A DNA stretch of 64,000 bases from Tepidiformaceae bacterium. Its GTDB lineage: Bacteria; Chloroflexota; Dehalococcoidia; Tepidiformales; Tepidiformaceae. A model generated the notes under the pieces. That model saw nothing but the letters and a program-made list of their open reading frames with translations, did not search any database and was not told the origin of the DNA. The DNA is taken from contig JBGPOS010000007.1 of the NCBI GenBank assembly GCA_041488155.1, positions 11,107 through 75,106 of the forward strand. The letters are read 5' to 3'. The position numbers were made by a program, and so were the translations under genes. Shown here in pieces: positions 37,442 through 46,956 of the stretch (position 1 is the first letter of the stretch; each line of letters opens with the position of its first letter).

Positions 37442-38725
37442 GTGGCCATCGAAGTGACGATGCCGCAGATGGGCGCGGACATGACGGAGGGGACGCTGGT
37501 CCGCTGGTTGAAGCAAGTCGGCGACCAGGTCCAGCGGGGCGACATTATCGCGGAAATCGAGACCGACAAGGCGACGGTCGAGCTGGAGGCCTTCGACTCC
37601 GGGACGCTGAACAAGCTCGTGGTTGCTGAGGGCGAAACGGTCCCGGTCGGCGAGGTGATCGCGCTCCTGGGAGAGCCCGGCGAGATCGTGGAGAGCGACG
37701 TCGCCCGCAAGCCGGCCGCAGAGACACCGGCTCGCCGAACGGTAGACAAGGCGGCTGCCACGGTTGTGGTCTCCGCGAGCGATGGGCGAGTCGAGGCGAC
37801 GCCAGCGGTGGCCGTCGGAGGGCGGCTGCGGGTGTCGCCCGTCGCGCGCCGGATTGCGCACGAGGCCGGCGTCGACATAGCCACGCTCCGCGGTAGCGGA
37901 CCCGACGGCCGCATCCTGCGTCGCGACGTAGAGGCGGCGATGCGTGCCACGGTCGCCTCGGTTCCGGCGCCGGCCACCCGCGTCGCGCCGGTCGGGCCCG
38001 CGCCGGCGCCCGTTCGAGCCCCGGTGTCCGCGGTCACCGCCCCTGCAGCCGAAGAGCCTTTCAGCCGCATGCGGCAGGCGATCGCCCGGCGAATGACACT
38101 GTCAAAGCAGACTCAGCCCCACTACTACCTGACGGTCGACGTCGACATGACAGCCGCCATGGTCTTTCGCGAGCAGCTCAATGCGGCGGCGACCGAGCAG
38201 GAGCATGTAAGCGTCAACGACCTTGTCGTGAAGGCCTGCGCCCTCAGCCTGCAGCGGCACCCAAGGTTCAACTCGGAGTTCAGCGACAACGGCCTGAAGC
38301 GCCACGAGCAGATAAACATCGACATCGGCGTCGCGATGGACGACGGCCTCATCGCGCCTGCGCTCATCGATTGTGGTAGCAAGACGCTGGGGCACATCGC
38401 GATCGAATCGAAAGACTTGATCAACCGGGCGAAGTCAGGACGCCTCCGCGCCGATGAATACAGCGCCGGCACGTTCACCATCACGAACCTGGGGGCCTAC
38501 GGCGTCGAGACGCTGATCGGCATCATCAACCCGCCCCAGGCGGCGATCCTGGGGGTCGGAAGCGTGATGCCGAAGCCCGTGGTGGTCGACAACCAGGTGG
38601 TTATCCGGCAGGTGATGAAGGTGGCCCTCAGCGCCGACCATCGCGTGACCGATGGAGCGGAGGGCGCTCGCTTCATCAAAGAGATCCAGGGCCTGCTCGA
38701 GAATCCAGCAAGCCTGGCACTGTAG
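37442..38725 (+). CDS. Dihydrolipoamide acyltransferase (E2)
   Basis: Lipoyl domain (IAEIETDKATVELEA), E3-binding domain (SPVARRIAHEAGVDIATLRGSGPDGRI) and catalytic DHRVTDGA motif. Confidence 0.9.
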   Translation: MAIEVTMPQMGADMTEGTLVRWLKQVGDQVQRGDIIAEIETDKATVELEAFDSGTLNKLVVAEGETVPVGEVIALLGEPGEIVESDVARKPAAETPARRTVDKAAATVVVSASDGRVEATPAVAVGGRLRVSPVARRIAHEAGVDIATLRGSGPDGRILRRDVEAAMRATVASVPAPATRVAPVGPAPAPVRAPVSAVTAPAAEEPFSRMRQAIARRMTLSKQTQPHYYLTVDVDMTAAMVFREQLNAAATEQEHVSVNDLVVKACALSLQRHPRFNSEFSDNGLKRHEQINIDIGVAMDDGLIAPALIDCGSKTLGHIAIESKDLINRAKSGRLRADEYSAGTFTITNLGAYGVETLIGIINPPQAAILGVGSVMPKPVVVDNQVVIRQVMKVALSADHRVTDGAEGARFIKEIQGLLENPASLAL

Positions 38726-38734
38726 CCGGGAGGT

Positions 38735-39289
38735 TCAACTCCGGGCGGGAGTATGTCGACGTTCGGTTTCGAGTTCCGCGATGGCGGCTCGAACGTCTTC
38801 ATCTTCGATGAACGAGGCGCCGCGGCGTTCGCGGATTCGTTGCGCGCGGGAGATGATGGCGGCCTGGGAAAGATGGGGCGGGGGAGGCGTAATCCAGGCA
38901 AGCAGCTCGATCGTCACGCCGTTTGGGTCCTTGAAGTAAATCGATCGCTCGTAGCCGCGGTCGATCGGCCCTTCGACCTCCACGCCCGCTGTCTTGAGCC
39001 GCTGGTGGAACGTGGGCAGGTCGGCCGCGGCGATGTCTATCGCGAGATGGTCCATCCAGCCCGAGCCGGACCGGGCCGGTTCGTGCGAAGCGTTGGCTTC
39101 GTCTTTGGGGACGAAGTAGGCGATGAAATTATCGTTGCCTACGTGGAAGAAGAGGTGCTCTTCGGACGGATAGTCGAGGTTGTCCTGGCGGAGGACGAGT
39201 TCCAGGCCCAGCGTCTCGGAGTAGAAGCGGATGGTTTCGGCGCTCTTCGCGCCGGAGAAGGCTGGATGGGAGATGCGGATGGTCGACAA
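38735..39289 (-). CDS. VOC (glyoxalase/bleomycin-resistance/dioxygenase) family protein
   Basis: Inferred TTG start at 39289. ISHPAFSGAKSAETIRFYSETLGLELV...HLAIDI...SIYFKDPNGVTIEL. The upstream part of the 280-aa ORF has no coding character. Confidence 0.7.
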   Translation of the reverse strand: MSTIRISHPAFSGAKSAETIRFYSETLGLELVLRQDNLDYPSEEHLFFHVGNDNFIAYFVPKDEANASHEPARSGSGWMDHLAIDIAAADLPTFHQRLKTAGVEVEGPIDRGYERSIYFKDPNGVTIELLAWITPPPPHLSQAAIISRAQRIRERRGASFIEDEDVRAAIAELETERRHTPARS

Positions 39290-39326
39290 CCTTGGGGACC
39301 CCGTTCTTTCGCAGATGGGAGATTCG

Positions 39327-39881
39327 TCAGCCGGCCGGCAAGTCGTTACAGGGCAGGGGACGGCCCATAACGTAGAACGGCGCGCCGTTGGATGCGAACT
39401 GCATTTCGATGATGGTAGCGAAGCCGAGGCGGCTGTAGAGGTGGTGCGCGCGGCTGTCGGTGCGGGTGCTGAGGACGCAGGTCGCTTCGGCCCGGCCGTT
39501 GAGAAGCTCGGTGATGAGAGCTCGCCCGATCCCGGCCCCCTGGCAGCCGGGCCTGACCGCCACTTCGACGAGCTCATAGGAATCCACGAGCCACTCCCTG
39601 GCGACCTCAGCAGGGAGGGCTCGCACGACGGTGTCGTGCCACCATTGGCCCGCAGTGCCGTGGTAGCCGTAGATCATGCCGGCGACGCTGCCGCCAGGGA
39701 GGGTGGCGACGAAGGCGCGGTACCCCTGGCGGGCGCTGTGCACGTCGCGAATCCGGGAGCGCACGTCGCTGCCGCGGTCCGGGTCGCTGTACGGGGGCTG
39801 GGCGAAGGCCTCGCCATACACGGCAATGGCCCCCTCGAACAGGGGGCCATACGCCGGCAGCGGCTGGATGCTGAAGGTCAT
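39327..39881 (-). CDS. GNAT family N-acetyltransferase
   Basis: VEVAVRPGCQGAGIGRALITELL...AHHLYSRLGF (motifs A/B). The start ATG overlaps the stop of the upstream ATPase gene (ATGA). Confidence 0.75.
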   Translation of the reverse strand: MTFSIQPLPAYGPLFEGAIAVYGEAFAQPPYSDPDRGSDVRSRIRDVHSARQGYRAFVATLPGGSVAGMIYGYHGTAGQWWHDTVVRALPAEVAREWLVDSYELVEVAVRPGCQGAGIGRALITELLNGRAEATCVLSTRTDSRAHHLYSRLGFATIIEMQFASNGAPFYVMGRPLPCNDLPAG

Positions 39882-41368
39882 CCGCGATACTGGATCTTTC
39901 CGCCGATCTTGTCCTTGTTGAGTCTCTTGTTCAGGTGCAGGCCTTCAAGGAGGAACTCTACGGCAGCGGCAGTTTCGGCCGGAGATTTGGCCCCAACCTT
40001 GTCGACGGCCGCTTGCAACCCTTCTATCTGCTGGGACAGTTTGACGTACTGTGCGCTCGGCACCATGTCGCCCACTTCGGCGGCGACGCCGGCCTTGAAG
40101 CGATTTATCACCGCTTCCAACTCACCGAGGTTGTAACGCCGGTTGAACACGGCCACGACGGCGCCCTGGATGAGCTTGTCGATGATCTGTTCTTCCCGGC
40201 CCTCTTCGACGGTCTCGAACTCCACCTTGCCGCTCAGGGTGGGGACGACGTAGGGGAGGTCGCTCACCCGCGGGACGACGATGTCTTCGCTGGTAATGAT
40301 GGAGCGCCTTAGGGCGTTCGCGAGCATGCTTTCGTAGTTCGCGATGCTCGCCCGCACGCTCACACCGGAGCGCTGGTTGACATCGGGACTGCGCCGGGCG
40401 AGGCGGCTGATCTCCGCGATGACCTCGGTCATGTAGTCGGGCACGGTCACCTTGAAATCGGCGGGCATCGGGTGATACTCGGCGTGCATGATGTCGATTT
40501 CGTGCTCGAGCTTGACCGGGTAGTGCGTACGGATCTGGGCGCCGTAGCGGTCTTTCAGAGGCGTGATGATGCGCCCGCGGTTCGTGTAGTCCTCCGGGTT
40601 GGCGCTGGCAACGACAACGACATCGAGCGGGAGGCGGATGCGGTAGCCGCGGATCTGGACGTCGCGCTCTTCCATGATGTTGAGCAGGCCGACCTGGATC
40701 CGTTCGGCCAGGTCCGGGAGCTCGTTGATGCAAAAGATGCCCCGGTTGGTGCGGGGGATGAGGCCGTAGTGGATCGTGAGCTCGTCGGAGAGGTACTTCC
40801 CTTCGGCGACTTTGATCGGGTCGACCTCGCCAATGAGGTCGGCGATGGTGATATCGGGAGTGGCCAGCTTTTCACCGTAGCGCTGGTCGCGGTCGAGCCA
40901 ATCGAGCTCGGCGGAGTCGCCTTTTTCTTCGATTATGTCGCGCCCGGCTCGCGTGATCGGGGCGTAGGGGTTTTCGGGGATTTCGCAACCGGCGAGCACC
41001 GGCGTGGCATCGTCGAGCAGCGAGACGAGCGAGCGGATGATGCGCGACTTCGCCTGGCCGCGCTCTCCGAGGAAGATGATGTCCTGGCCGGCGAGGATGG
41101 CGTTGACGATGTGCGGGATGACCGTCTCTTCGTAGCCGAAGACGCCGGGGAAGAGCTCGGCGCCCTTGCGGATCTTCTCGATGAGGTTGTTCCGCAGCTC
41201 TTCGCGGACGGGAAGCACTTTGTAACCGGATGCCCTGAGCTCCCCAAGCGTCCGCGGTCGTTCGAGAGTTGCCACGCGTTGCCACTCCTCCTCCCGCAGC
41301 CCAGTCGCGAAGGACGGCGGGTCTAACGCCGAAGGAGAGGGCAGCCGTCGCTTGTTGACGCCCACCAC
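39878..41368 (-). CDS. AAA+ ATPase of the Mg-chelatase ChlI / MoxR-like type (~496 aa)
   Basis: Walker A GERGQAKS, Walker B FCINELPD, then LLNIMEERDVQIRGYRIRLPLDVVVVASANPEDY, typical of ChlI-like ATPases. Confidence 0.8.
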   Translation of the reverse strand: MVGVNKRRLPSPSALDPPSFATGLREEEWQRVATLERPRTLGELRASGYKVLPVREELRNNLIEKIRKGAELFPGVFGYEETVIPHIVNAILAGQDIIFLGERGQAKSRIIRSLVSLLDDATPVLAGCEIPENPYAPITRAGRDIIEEKGDSAELDWLDRDQRYGEKLATPDITIADLIGEVDPIKVAEGKYLSDELTIHYGLIPRTNRGIFCINELPDLAERIQVGLLNIMEERDVQIRGYRIRLPLDVVVVASANPEDYTNRGRIITPLKDRYGAQIRTHYPVKLEHEIDIMHAEYHPMPADFKVTVPDYMTEVIAEISRLARRSPDVNQRSGVSVRASIANYESMLANALRRSIITSEDIVVPRVSDLPYVVPTLSGKVEFETVEEGREEQIIDKLIQGAVVAVFNRRYNLGELEAVINRFKAGVAAEVGDMVPSAQYVKLSQQIEGLQAAVDKVGAKSPAETAAAVEFLLEGLHLNKRLNKDKIGGKIQYRG

Positions 41369-41504
41369 CGACCCCGGCCGTCGCGCGAGGCGACGAGTGT
41401 GGCCCTGGTGCAGAGATTCCGGGGCCTCACAGCTTCGATCATAGGGAGGAAGGTACCCCTGTCAACCGAAGCCGGGGCGCGTGGCGGATGGCGGCCTCGC
41501 AGCG

Positions 41505-42119
41505 TCAGGGAATCGCGTCCCGCAACAGCGCCTCGATCCCGGCGGCGACCTCGGGCCGGTTGGCGTTGCGAAAGCTGCGCAGATCGGGGTCCATGGCGCG
41601 CAGTTCGGGCTCGCGGACGATGCGGACCCGGAGCGAGGCGAACGCAGCGGTGATCTTGAGGACGTCGCGTTCCACAGATTCGCGGAACACCGGCAGGCAG
41701 GTCTCAGCCCGGTAGACGGCGGAGAGGGGCTGGGGGAACCCGCCGGCGTGTGGGCAGACGATGTCGTAGCCCTCGGCGAGCGAAGCGATGTGCACCACGA
41801 GCTCGGGCCGAAGGAGGGGGGCGTCGCAGGAAGTTGCGAAGCAAAGGCCATCGCCCACGGTGCCCAAGCCTGCGACGAGGCCCGCGAGGGGCCCTTTACC
41901 TTCGTACAGATCCTCTACGGACTCGATCGGGATGGCGCAGTCGATGTGCGGGAGCACCTGCCCTGCGGCCCGCACAACCACGATCGACAGGCAGACGCCT
42001 TCAAGCCGGGACACGACCCACTGGAGCATCGGCTTCCCCGCAAGGACCGCGGACGCCTTGTCCTCGCCAAAGCGAGTGCTCTTCCCGCCGGCGAGGATCA
42101 GTCCGGCCAGGGGCGTCAT
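41505..42119 (-). CDS. mobA: Molybdenum cofactor guanylyltransferase (MobA-like NTP transferase)
   Basis: LAGLILAGGKSTRFGEDKA...GPLAGL...CDAPLL are MobA motifs. Confidence 0.82.
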   Translation of the reverse strand: MTPLAGLILAGGKSTRFGEDKASAVLAGKPMLQWVVSRLEGVCLSIVVVRAAGQVLPHIDCAIPIESVEDLYEGKGPLAGLVAGLGTVGDGLCFATSCDAPLLRPELVVHIASLAEGYDIVCPHAGGFPQPLSAVYRAETCLPVFRESVERDVLKITAAFASLRVRIVREPELRAMDPDLRSFRNANRPEVAAGIEALLRDAIP

Positions 42120-42161
42120 CGTGTTCTCCTCCCCGTCCTAGCCCGGCGGCTCAAGCTTAGA

Positions 42162-42923
42162 ATGACGGCCGTGGACCTCTACGAAGCTTTCGGGCTCTCC
42201 CCTGGTGCGATCGTGGCGGCGGTCGGCGGCGGAGGCAAGACCAGCCTCGTGTTCGGCCTGGCGGAGGACGCTGCCAGCCGGGGGATGTCGGCCATTGTTA
42301 CGTCCACAACGAGGTTTACCAGACCGCCGCACGGCAGCATGCCGCCGGTCGTCACCACGGACGATGGGAGTGCGGTGCGAGCCGCGCGCGAAGCGCTCAA
42401 GACAGAGTCTGTGTTCGTGCTTTGCGCCGGGATGGGAAGCCGTGGGAGATTCCTGGGATTGCAGCCGGAGACGATCGGAGCGCTCGCGCAGGTCGGCGCC
42501 GGTGTGATCGCTGTCGAAGCCGACGGCTCGGCGCATCGGCCCTTCAAGGCGCCGGCGGATCACGAACCGGCGGTGCCAGCGGTCGCCACAGACGTGGTCC
42601 TTTGCGTCGGACTCGAAGTGCTCGGCAAGCCGCTCGACGACAGGTATGTGCATCGGCCTGAACTCGTGGCGAGGCTCGCACGGGCCACCGCCGGGACGCC
42701 GGTCACTGCCGACATGATCATCAGTGTCCTCCTGGACGAGGCCGGCGGCCGGAAGAACGTCCCGCCGGGCGCAAGGCTGCACGCATTGCTCAACGCACCA
42801 CCGACCGACGAGCACGTGAAGCTCGGCACGTACATCGCCCAGCGCGTGGTGTTTGGGGGCTACTGCCGCGCGGTGATAGCGACCGCCCATCGACGGGGCG
42901 ACGTCGTCGCGGTCGTGCAATAG
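42162..42923 (+). CDS. yqeC: YqeC-family protein (putative selenium-dependent molybdenum hydroxylase accessory protein)
   Basis: ATG at 42162. IVAAVGGGGKTSLVFGLAEDA...IVTSTTRF...VEADGSAHRPFKAPADHEPAVP follows the YqeC pattern as I remember it. The upstream part of the 480-aa ORF is antisense to mobA. Confidence 0.78.
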   Translation: MTAVDLYEAFGLSPGAIVAAVGGGGKTSLVFGLAEDAASRGMSAIVTSTTRFTRPPHGSMPPVVTTDDGSAVRAAREALKTESVFVLCAGMGSRGRFLGLQPETIGALAQVGAGVIAVEADGSAHRPFKAPADHEPAVPAVATDVVLCVGLEVLGKPLDDRYVHRPELVARLARATAGTPVTADMIISVLLDEAGGRKNVPPGARLHALLNAPPTDEHVKLGTYIAQRVVFGGYCRAVIATAHRRGDVVAVVQ

Positions 42924-42943
42924 GAGGCGGCTTCACGCTTCGG

Positions 42944-43510
42944 TTAGCCATTCGAACCCGAGAACTCGTGTTCGAGGATGCTGAACAGGTCCGAGTCGCG
43001 CCATCCGTCGCGGATGAGCATGACCGCGCGCATCCTGCCTTCGTACGTCATGCCGGCCTTACGCAGGACCTTCGCTGACGCAACGTTTCTTGGGTCGCAG
43101 GTCGCGAAAATGCGATGAAGGCCCAGTTCCCCGAACCCGTAGGCAACGAGAAGATTCGCAGCTTCTGTCGCCAGTCCCTGGCCCCAGTAGTCGGGGTGGA
43201 GCACGTAAGCGATCTCTGCGGCGCGCTGGTCACGATTGCGGACGTTGATCTCTGCCGTCCCGAAGAAGGACCCGCTGCCGACTCCTGTCACAGCCAGGGC
43301 GAATCGTGCGCGGGGCTCGACCCTTGCGGAGGCCATGATCTCCGCCACGAACGAGCGGGAGTCGGCAGGGGTGTTTGGACCCCACGGTTGATAGCGAAAG
43401 ACGTCTGGGAGCGTGGCGTAGCGGTGCACCGCCTCCCAATCGTCCGGAACGAATTCGCGCAGGGTCAGGCGTTCACTCCGGAGCGTCAGCGGCCAGCTCG
43501 CCTTCGCCAA
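42944..43510 (-). CDS. GNAT N-acetyltransferase, RimJ/RimL-like
   Basis: LRSERLTLREFVPDDWEAVHRYA...YWGQGLATEAA...GLHRIFATCDPRNVASAKVLRKAGM. Confidence 0.85.
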   Translation of the reverse strand: MAKASWPLTLRSERLTLREFVPDDWEAVHRYATLPDVFRYQPWGPNTPADSRSFVAEIMASARVEPRARFALAVTGVGSGSFFGTAEINVRNRDQRAAEIAYVLHPDYWGQGLATEAANLLVAYGFGELGLHRIFATCDPRNVASAKVLRKAGMTYEGRMRAVMLIRDGWRDSDLFSILEHEFSGSNG

Positions 43511-43523
43511 CTCTCCGGCCCTC

Positions 43524-44615
43524 TCAAGCCCCGACCCGCCGTACGCAAGCCTCGACGACGCTGGCGCACTGGATCATTTCGGGGATTACGAGGTATTCGT
43601 CCTTGGTGTGCTGGTTGTACCCGCCCCGGCCGATCACGACGCTGGCGATGCCGTGCCCCCGGAACACATTCCCGTCCGTGCCGCCGCCGACCGGATGAGG
43701 ATCGGGAGTCATCCCCATCCCTTTGAGGACGCTGAAGAGAAGGCTCGCCGCGGGGTCCTCGGGCTCCAGCCGGTAGCCCGGGTAGCCCATGGCAAACCGC
43801 GCGTCGACGCGGGCACCGGGGTGACGACGTTGCACATCGAGGAGATGGTCCTTCGCCCGCGTGACCAGGCCCTCGACCTTTTCGAACTCCATGCTTCGCA
43901 TCTCGCCGTCGATGCGGCAGTAGTCCGGCACGGCGTTCCGCACCAGGCCTCCTTCGATGAGCCCGACGTTGCCCGTCGTCTCGAAGTCGATGCGGCCCTG
44001 GGGCAGGCCGAGTACGGCCTCGGCCGCGATAGTGATTGCCGGGATTCCCTTTTCGGGCTCGACACCGGCGTGGGCCGACTTGCCGTGGACTTCGATGGTG
44101 TAGCCGTAGGAGTAAGGCGAGGCGCCCTGGACGCTCGATGGTGGCCCGCCACTGTCGATGACGATCGCGACTTTCGCCGTAAGCCGGCTGTAGTCCATGT
44201 TCGTCGCCCCGACGAGCCCGATCTCCTCGCCGCGGCTGATGGCGACTTCAATCGGGCGGGTGGCCGCGCCATCTTCGCGGGCGGAGGCGATGACTTCGAG
44301 GATGACTGCGCAGCCGGCCTTGTTGTCGGCTCCGAGAATCGTTGTGCCGTCGCTGCGGATTGTGTCCGGGCCATCGAAGACCGGCCTGATGCCTCGCCCC
44401 GGTTCGACCGTGTCCATGTGGGCAGAGAGCAGGATCGGCTCGCCCTGCCCTCCGAGTCGTCCCAGGACGTTGCCATGCGCGTCCTGGGAGGCCGTCACCG
44501 CGAGGTCACGGAAGCGACGCTCGAGCTCGTCTGCGATCGCTTCTTCGTCGCCGGAAGGGGAGTCGATCGCGACGAGGTCGAGGAAGGTCCGGACCAGGCG
44601 GTCGCGGTCAATCAT
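43524..44615 (-). CDS. M20-family metallopeptidase (peptidase T-like)
   Basis: LVAIDSPSGDEE, SAHMDTV, GADNKAG and EEIGL motifs. Confidence 0.85.
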   Translation of the reverse strand: MIDRDRLVRTFLDLVAIDSPSGDEEAIADELERRFRDLAVTASQDAHGNVLGRLGGQGEPILLSAHMDTVEPGRGIRPVFDGPDTIRSDGTTILGADNKAGCAVILEVIASAREDGAATRPIEVAISRGEEIGLVGATNMDYSRLTAKVAIVIDSGGPPSSVQGASPYSYGYTIEVHGKSAHAGVEPEKGIPAITIAAEAVLGLPQGRIDFETTGNVGLIEGGLVRNAVPDYCRIDGEMRSMEFEKVEGLVTRAKDHLLDVQRRHPGARVDARFAMGYPGYRLEPEDPAASLLFSVLKGMGMTPDPHPVGGGTDGNVFRGHGIASVVIGRGGYNQHTKDEYLVIPEMIQCASVVEACVRRVGA

Positions 44616-44627
44616 GGGGAGCGGCGG

Positions 44628-45713
44628 CTACTTCGCAGCGACCGCAACGTTCGAACCGGTTTCGATGCCGACGCCAGCGAGCAGGGCGTGGATCGCCCGC
44701 GAGTTCCTGACGATGCGTCCGGCCTCGAGCCCAACGGCCTGTTTGCCATCGCACAGCGCCTCCGCGGGGTTCGAATGGATGTCGAATTCGAAGCCATGGG
44801 CTCCGGCCGCGACGAACCCATAGGCCACCCGCTCAACGAGCATGCGGTCGCCAGCGCTGTGGCTCGGGTCGGCGATGAGCGGCAGGTGGGAACGGTGACG
44901 CACAAGCGGGATCATCGCGATGTCGGCGCCAAAACGCGTCTCGCTTTCGAAGCTCTTGATGCCGCGGTAGCAGAGGATGACGTTGCGGTTGCCATGGCCG
45001 ACGGACCGGCCTTCGCGGTCGATGCCCGACATGATGTAGGCGGCCGCGCTGAGCCATTCGTTCATGTCGTTGCCGAAGCCGTGCTTGAGGACGATCGGCA
45101 CGTCGATGCGCGAGAGCTCTTCGAGGAGGGGCGAATACTGGGCGCTCCTCGCCCCGACCTGGATGACATCGACCCCGGCGGCGAGGAAGTCATCCAGATG
45201 CCGGAGGTCGATCAGCTCGCTGACGATCGGGAGGCCCGTCTCCTGCTTCATCGCCCGGGCGATCTCGAGGCCTCGGCTCAACTCGAGGCCTCGATAGTCG
45301 TAAGGGCTCGTCCGCGACTTGTCGACGAAGGCGCGGAGCACATCGACGCCCGCTTCACGAGCCATCCTCGCCGAATCGAGCGCCTGGGTCTCCGATTCGA
45401 TGGCGCAGGGGCCACCGAAGACGGTCATACGAGTGCCGCCGACCCGAACCCCGGCGACGTCGACCACGGTGTCTTCGTGATGGAAGTTGCGACTCGCGTC
45501 TTTGTACTTTTCGGTGATGCGGATCACGCGGTCGACGCCCGGGAGCTCGGAGATCCGGCCCTCATCGACGATCCCGGCGATGCCTTTGACGCCGATGACG
45601 GTGGTCTCGGTGCCGACGATGGTCTCGCAGCGGAGGCCGTAGTCCCTGCGGATGCGGTCGATGACGCGTTCCGTCTGCTCTGGTGTGGCCCCTTCGGCCA
45701 TGTGGATGATCAT
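44628..45713 (-). CDS. 3-deoxy-7-phosphoheptulonate (DAHP) synthase, type I-beta with N-terminal ferredoxin-like regulatory domain
   Basis: GPCAIES, RTSPYDYRGL, IQVGARSAQ and IADPSHSAGDR, with an N-terminal ~70-aa domain as in the Thermotoga-type enzyme. Confidence 0.9.
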   Translation of the reverse strand: MIIHMAEGATPEQTERVIDRIRRDYGLRCETIVGTETTVIGVKGIAGIVDEGRISELPGVDRVIRITEKYKDASRNFHHEDTVVDVAGVRVGGTRMTVFGGPCAIESETQALDSARMAREAGVDVLRAFVDKSRTSPYDYRGLELSRGLEIARAMKQETGLPIVSELIDLRHLDDFLAAGVDVIQVGARSAQYSPLLEELSRIDVPIVLKHGFGNDMNEWLSAAAYIMSGIDREGRSVGHGNRNVILCYRGIKSFESETRFGADIAMIPLVRHRSHLPLIADPSHSAGDRMLVERVAYGFVAAGAHGFEFDIHSNPAEALCDGKQAVGLEAGRIVRNSRAIHALLAGVGIETGSNVAVAAK

Positions 45714-45800
45714 CGGTTTGTGGACTCCGTTATGTTGGGAGCGATTGTCGTACGGGGGAGGGCTATGCGCGAAGCAGGGCCCCTCGCTGCTCGATTCGGC

Positions 45801-46649
45801 CTAGAAGAGGACCGAAGAAAGCCGCCGCTGGTACTCACGGGTCGTGGGCGCGTCCAACCCGAGGATGTCGAAGACGGCCAGCACAGCCTTGCGAGCGGCG
45901 CCATCGGCGAGGGCACGGTCGAGCCTGACGGATTCGATAAGCTCTTCGAGCGCTGCCTCGTAACTTCCGCGGGCGGCAAGCATCACGCCCCAGCGATAGC
46001 GGGCGCGGGCGTCGGCGGGGTGGCTCGCCGCTTCGCCCTCAAGGTCTTCGCCGCTGTGCCGCGCGGCGAATCCTTCGAGGAACAAGCGGTGGCGCAGGAC
46101 CTTCACTCGGCGGTCGGCCGGGGCGCGTTCGAGGAGTTGCTCCGCCTCGTCGCGGTCGCCCCGGTCGAGGAGGATGGTCGCGAGGCCGACGACTGCGTCG
46201 GGGTGGCCGGGCGACGACGCGAGGACGGCGCGGAAACCGCGTTCGGCCGCCGCCGTGTCTCCGGCTTCCGCGAGGTCCCGCGCTTCGCGCGCCGCTCGCT
46301 CCGCGGGCGACGGCACGAGTGCATTGAAGAACGACCGGACCTGCACCTCGGGCAGAGCGCCAGTGAACTCGCGCAGGACCTTGCCATCCTTGAACGCTTT
46401 GACGGCGGGGATTCCCTGGATGCGGTACTGGGTCGCGGTGCGGGGGTTGTCGTCGGTGTTGAGCTTCGCGAGCATCACGTCATCGCCGTGCTCGGCGGCC
46501 ACCTTTTCGATGATCGGCCCAAGCAGCCGGCAGGGTCCGCACCAGGGCGCCCAGAAGTCGACCACGACGACGCGCTGCTTCGAAGCTTCGAGCACTGCGG
46601 AGGCGAAGGTGGCGTCGGTGACATCGAGGATGGCCTGTCCGGCGGGCAT
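45801..46649 (-). CDS. Thioredoxin domain protein with C-terminal TPR-like region (YbbN/CnoX-like)
   Basis: ATG at 46649. VVVDFWAPWCGPCRLLGP...GIPAVKAF, followed by helical repeats. Confidence 0.88.
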   Translation of the reverse strand: MPAGQAILDVTDATFASAVLEASKQRVVVVDFWAPWCGPCRLLGPIIEKVAAEHGDDVMLAKLNTDDNPRTATQYRIQGIPAVKAFKDGKVLREFTGALPEVQVRSFFNALVPSPAERAAREARDLAEAGDTAAAERGFRAVLASSPGHPDAVVGLATILLDRGDRDEAEQLLERAPADRRVKVLRHRLFLEGFAARHSGEDLEGEAASHPADARARYRWGVMLAARGSYEAALEELIESVRLDRALADGAARKAVLAVFDILGLDAPTTREYQRRLSSVLF

Positions 46650-46956
46650 GAGGCGGGCTCCGGGAGGGTGTGTTGTTGTCCGATCGTAGCGAGTGAGGCC
46701 CGGTGGCGGGAAGGGCCGGGCCGACGATCGGGCAAGAGCTGAGACCTGAGCCCCGAGCAAAGCTGCACCGTCCGGCGAGCGATTCTGCGAGGCGTTACCG
46801 CCAGGCCGCGACTCTCGTCCCGAGTGGTTGCGGTCAGAACCAGGCGCGACGCTAACCGGTGCTTGCAGCCGCCCGGCGGCCGTAGAATAGGGGTCTCGGC
46901 GGCGGCACGCGTCTAGCTGCCCCTGTCCCAGGTATCTCACTTCGAGACGGACCACA

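Noticed and set aside
43608-46742. A 1044-aa plus-strand ORF, the longest but one in the track.
   Set aside because: It runs antisense across three well-supported minus-strand genes (M20 peptidase, DAHP synthase, thioredoxin-TPR). It has no recognisable motifs and a low-complexity R/A/G/D composition. Stop-codon depletion in GC-rich DNA explains it.
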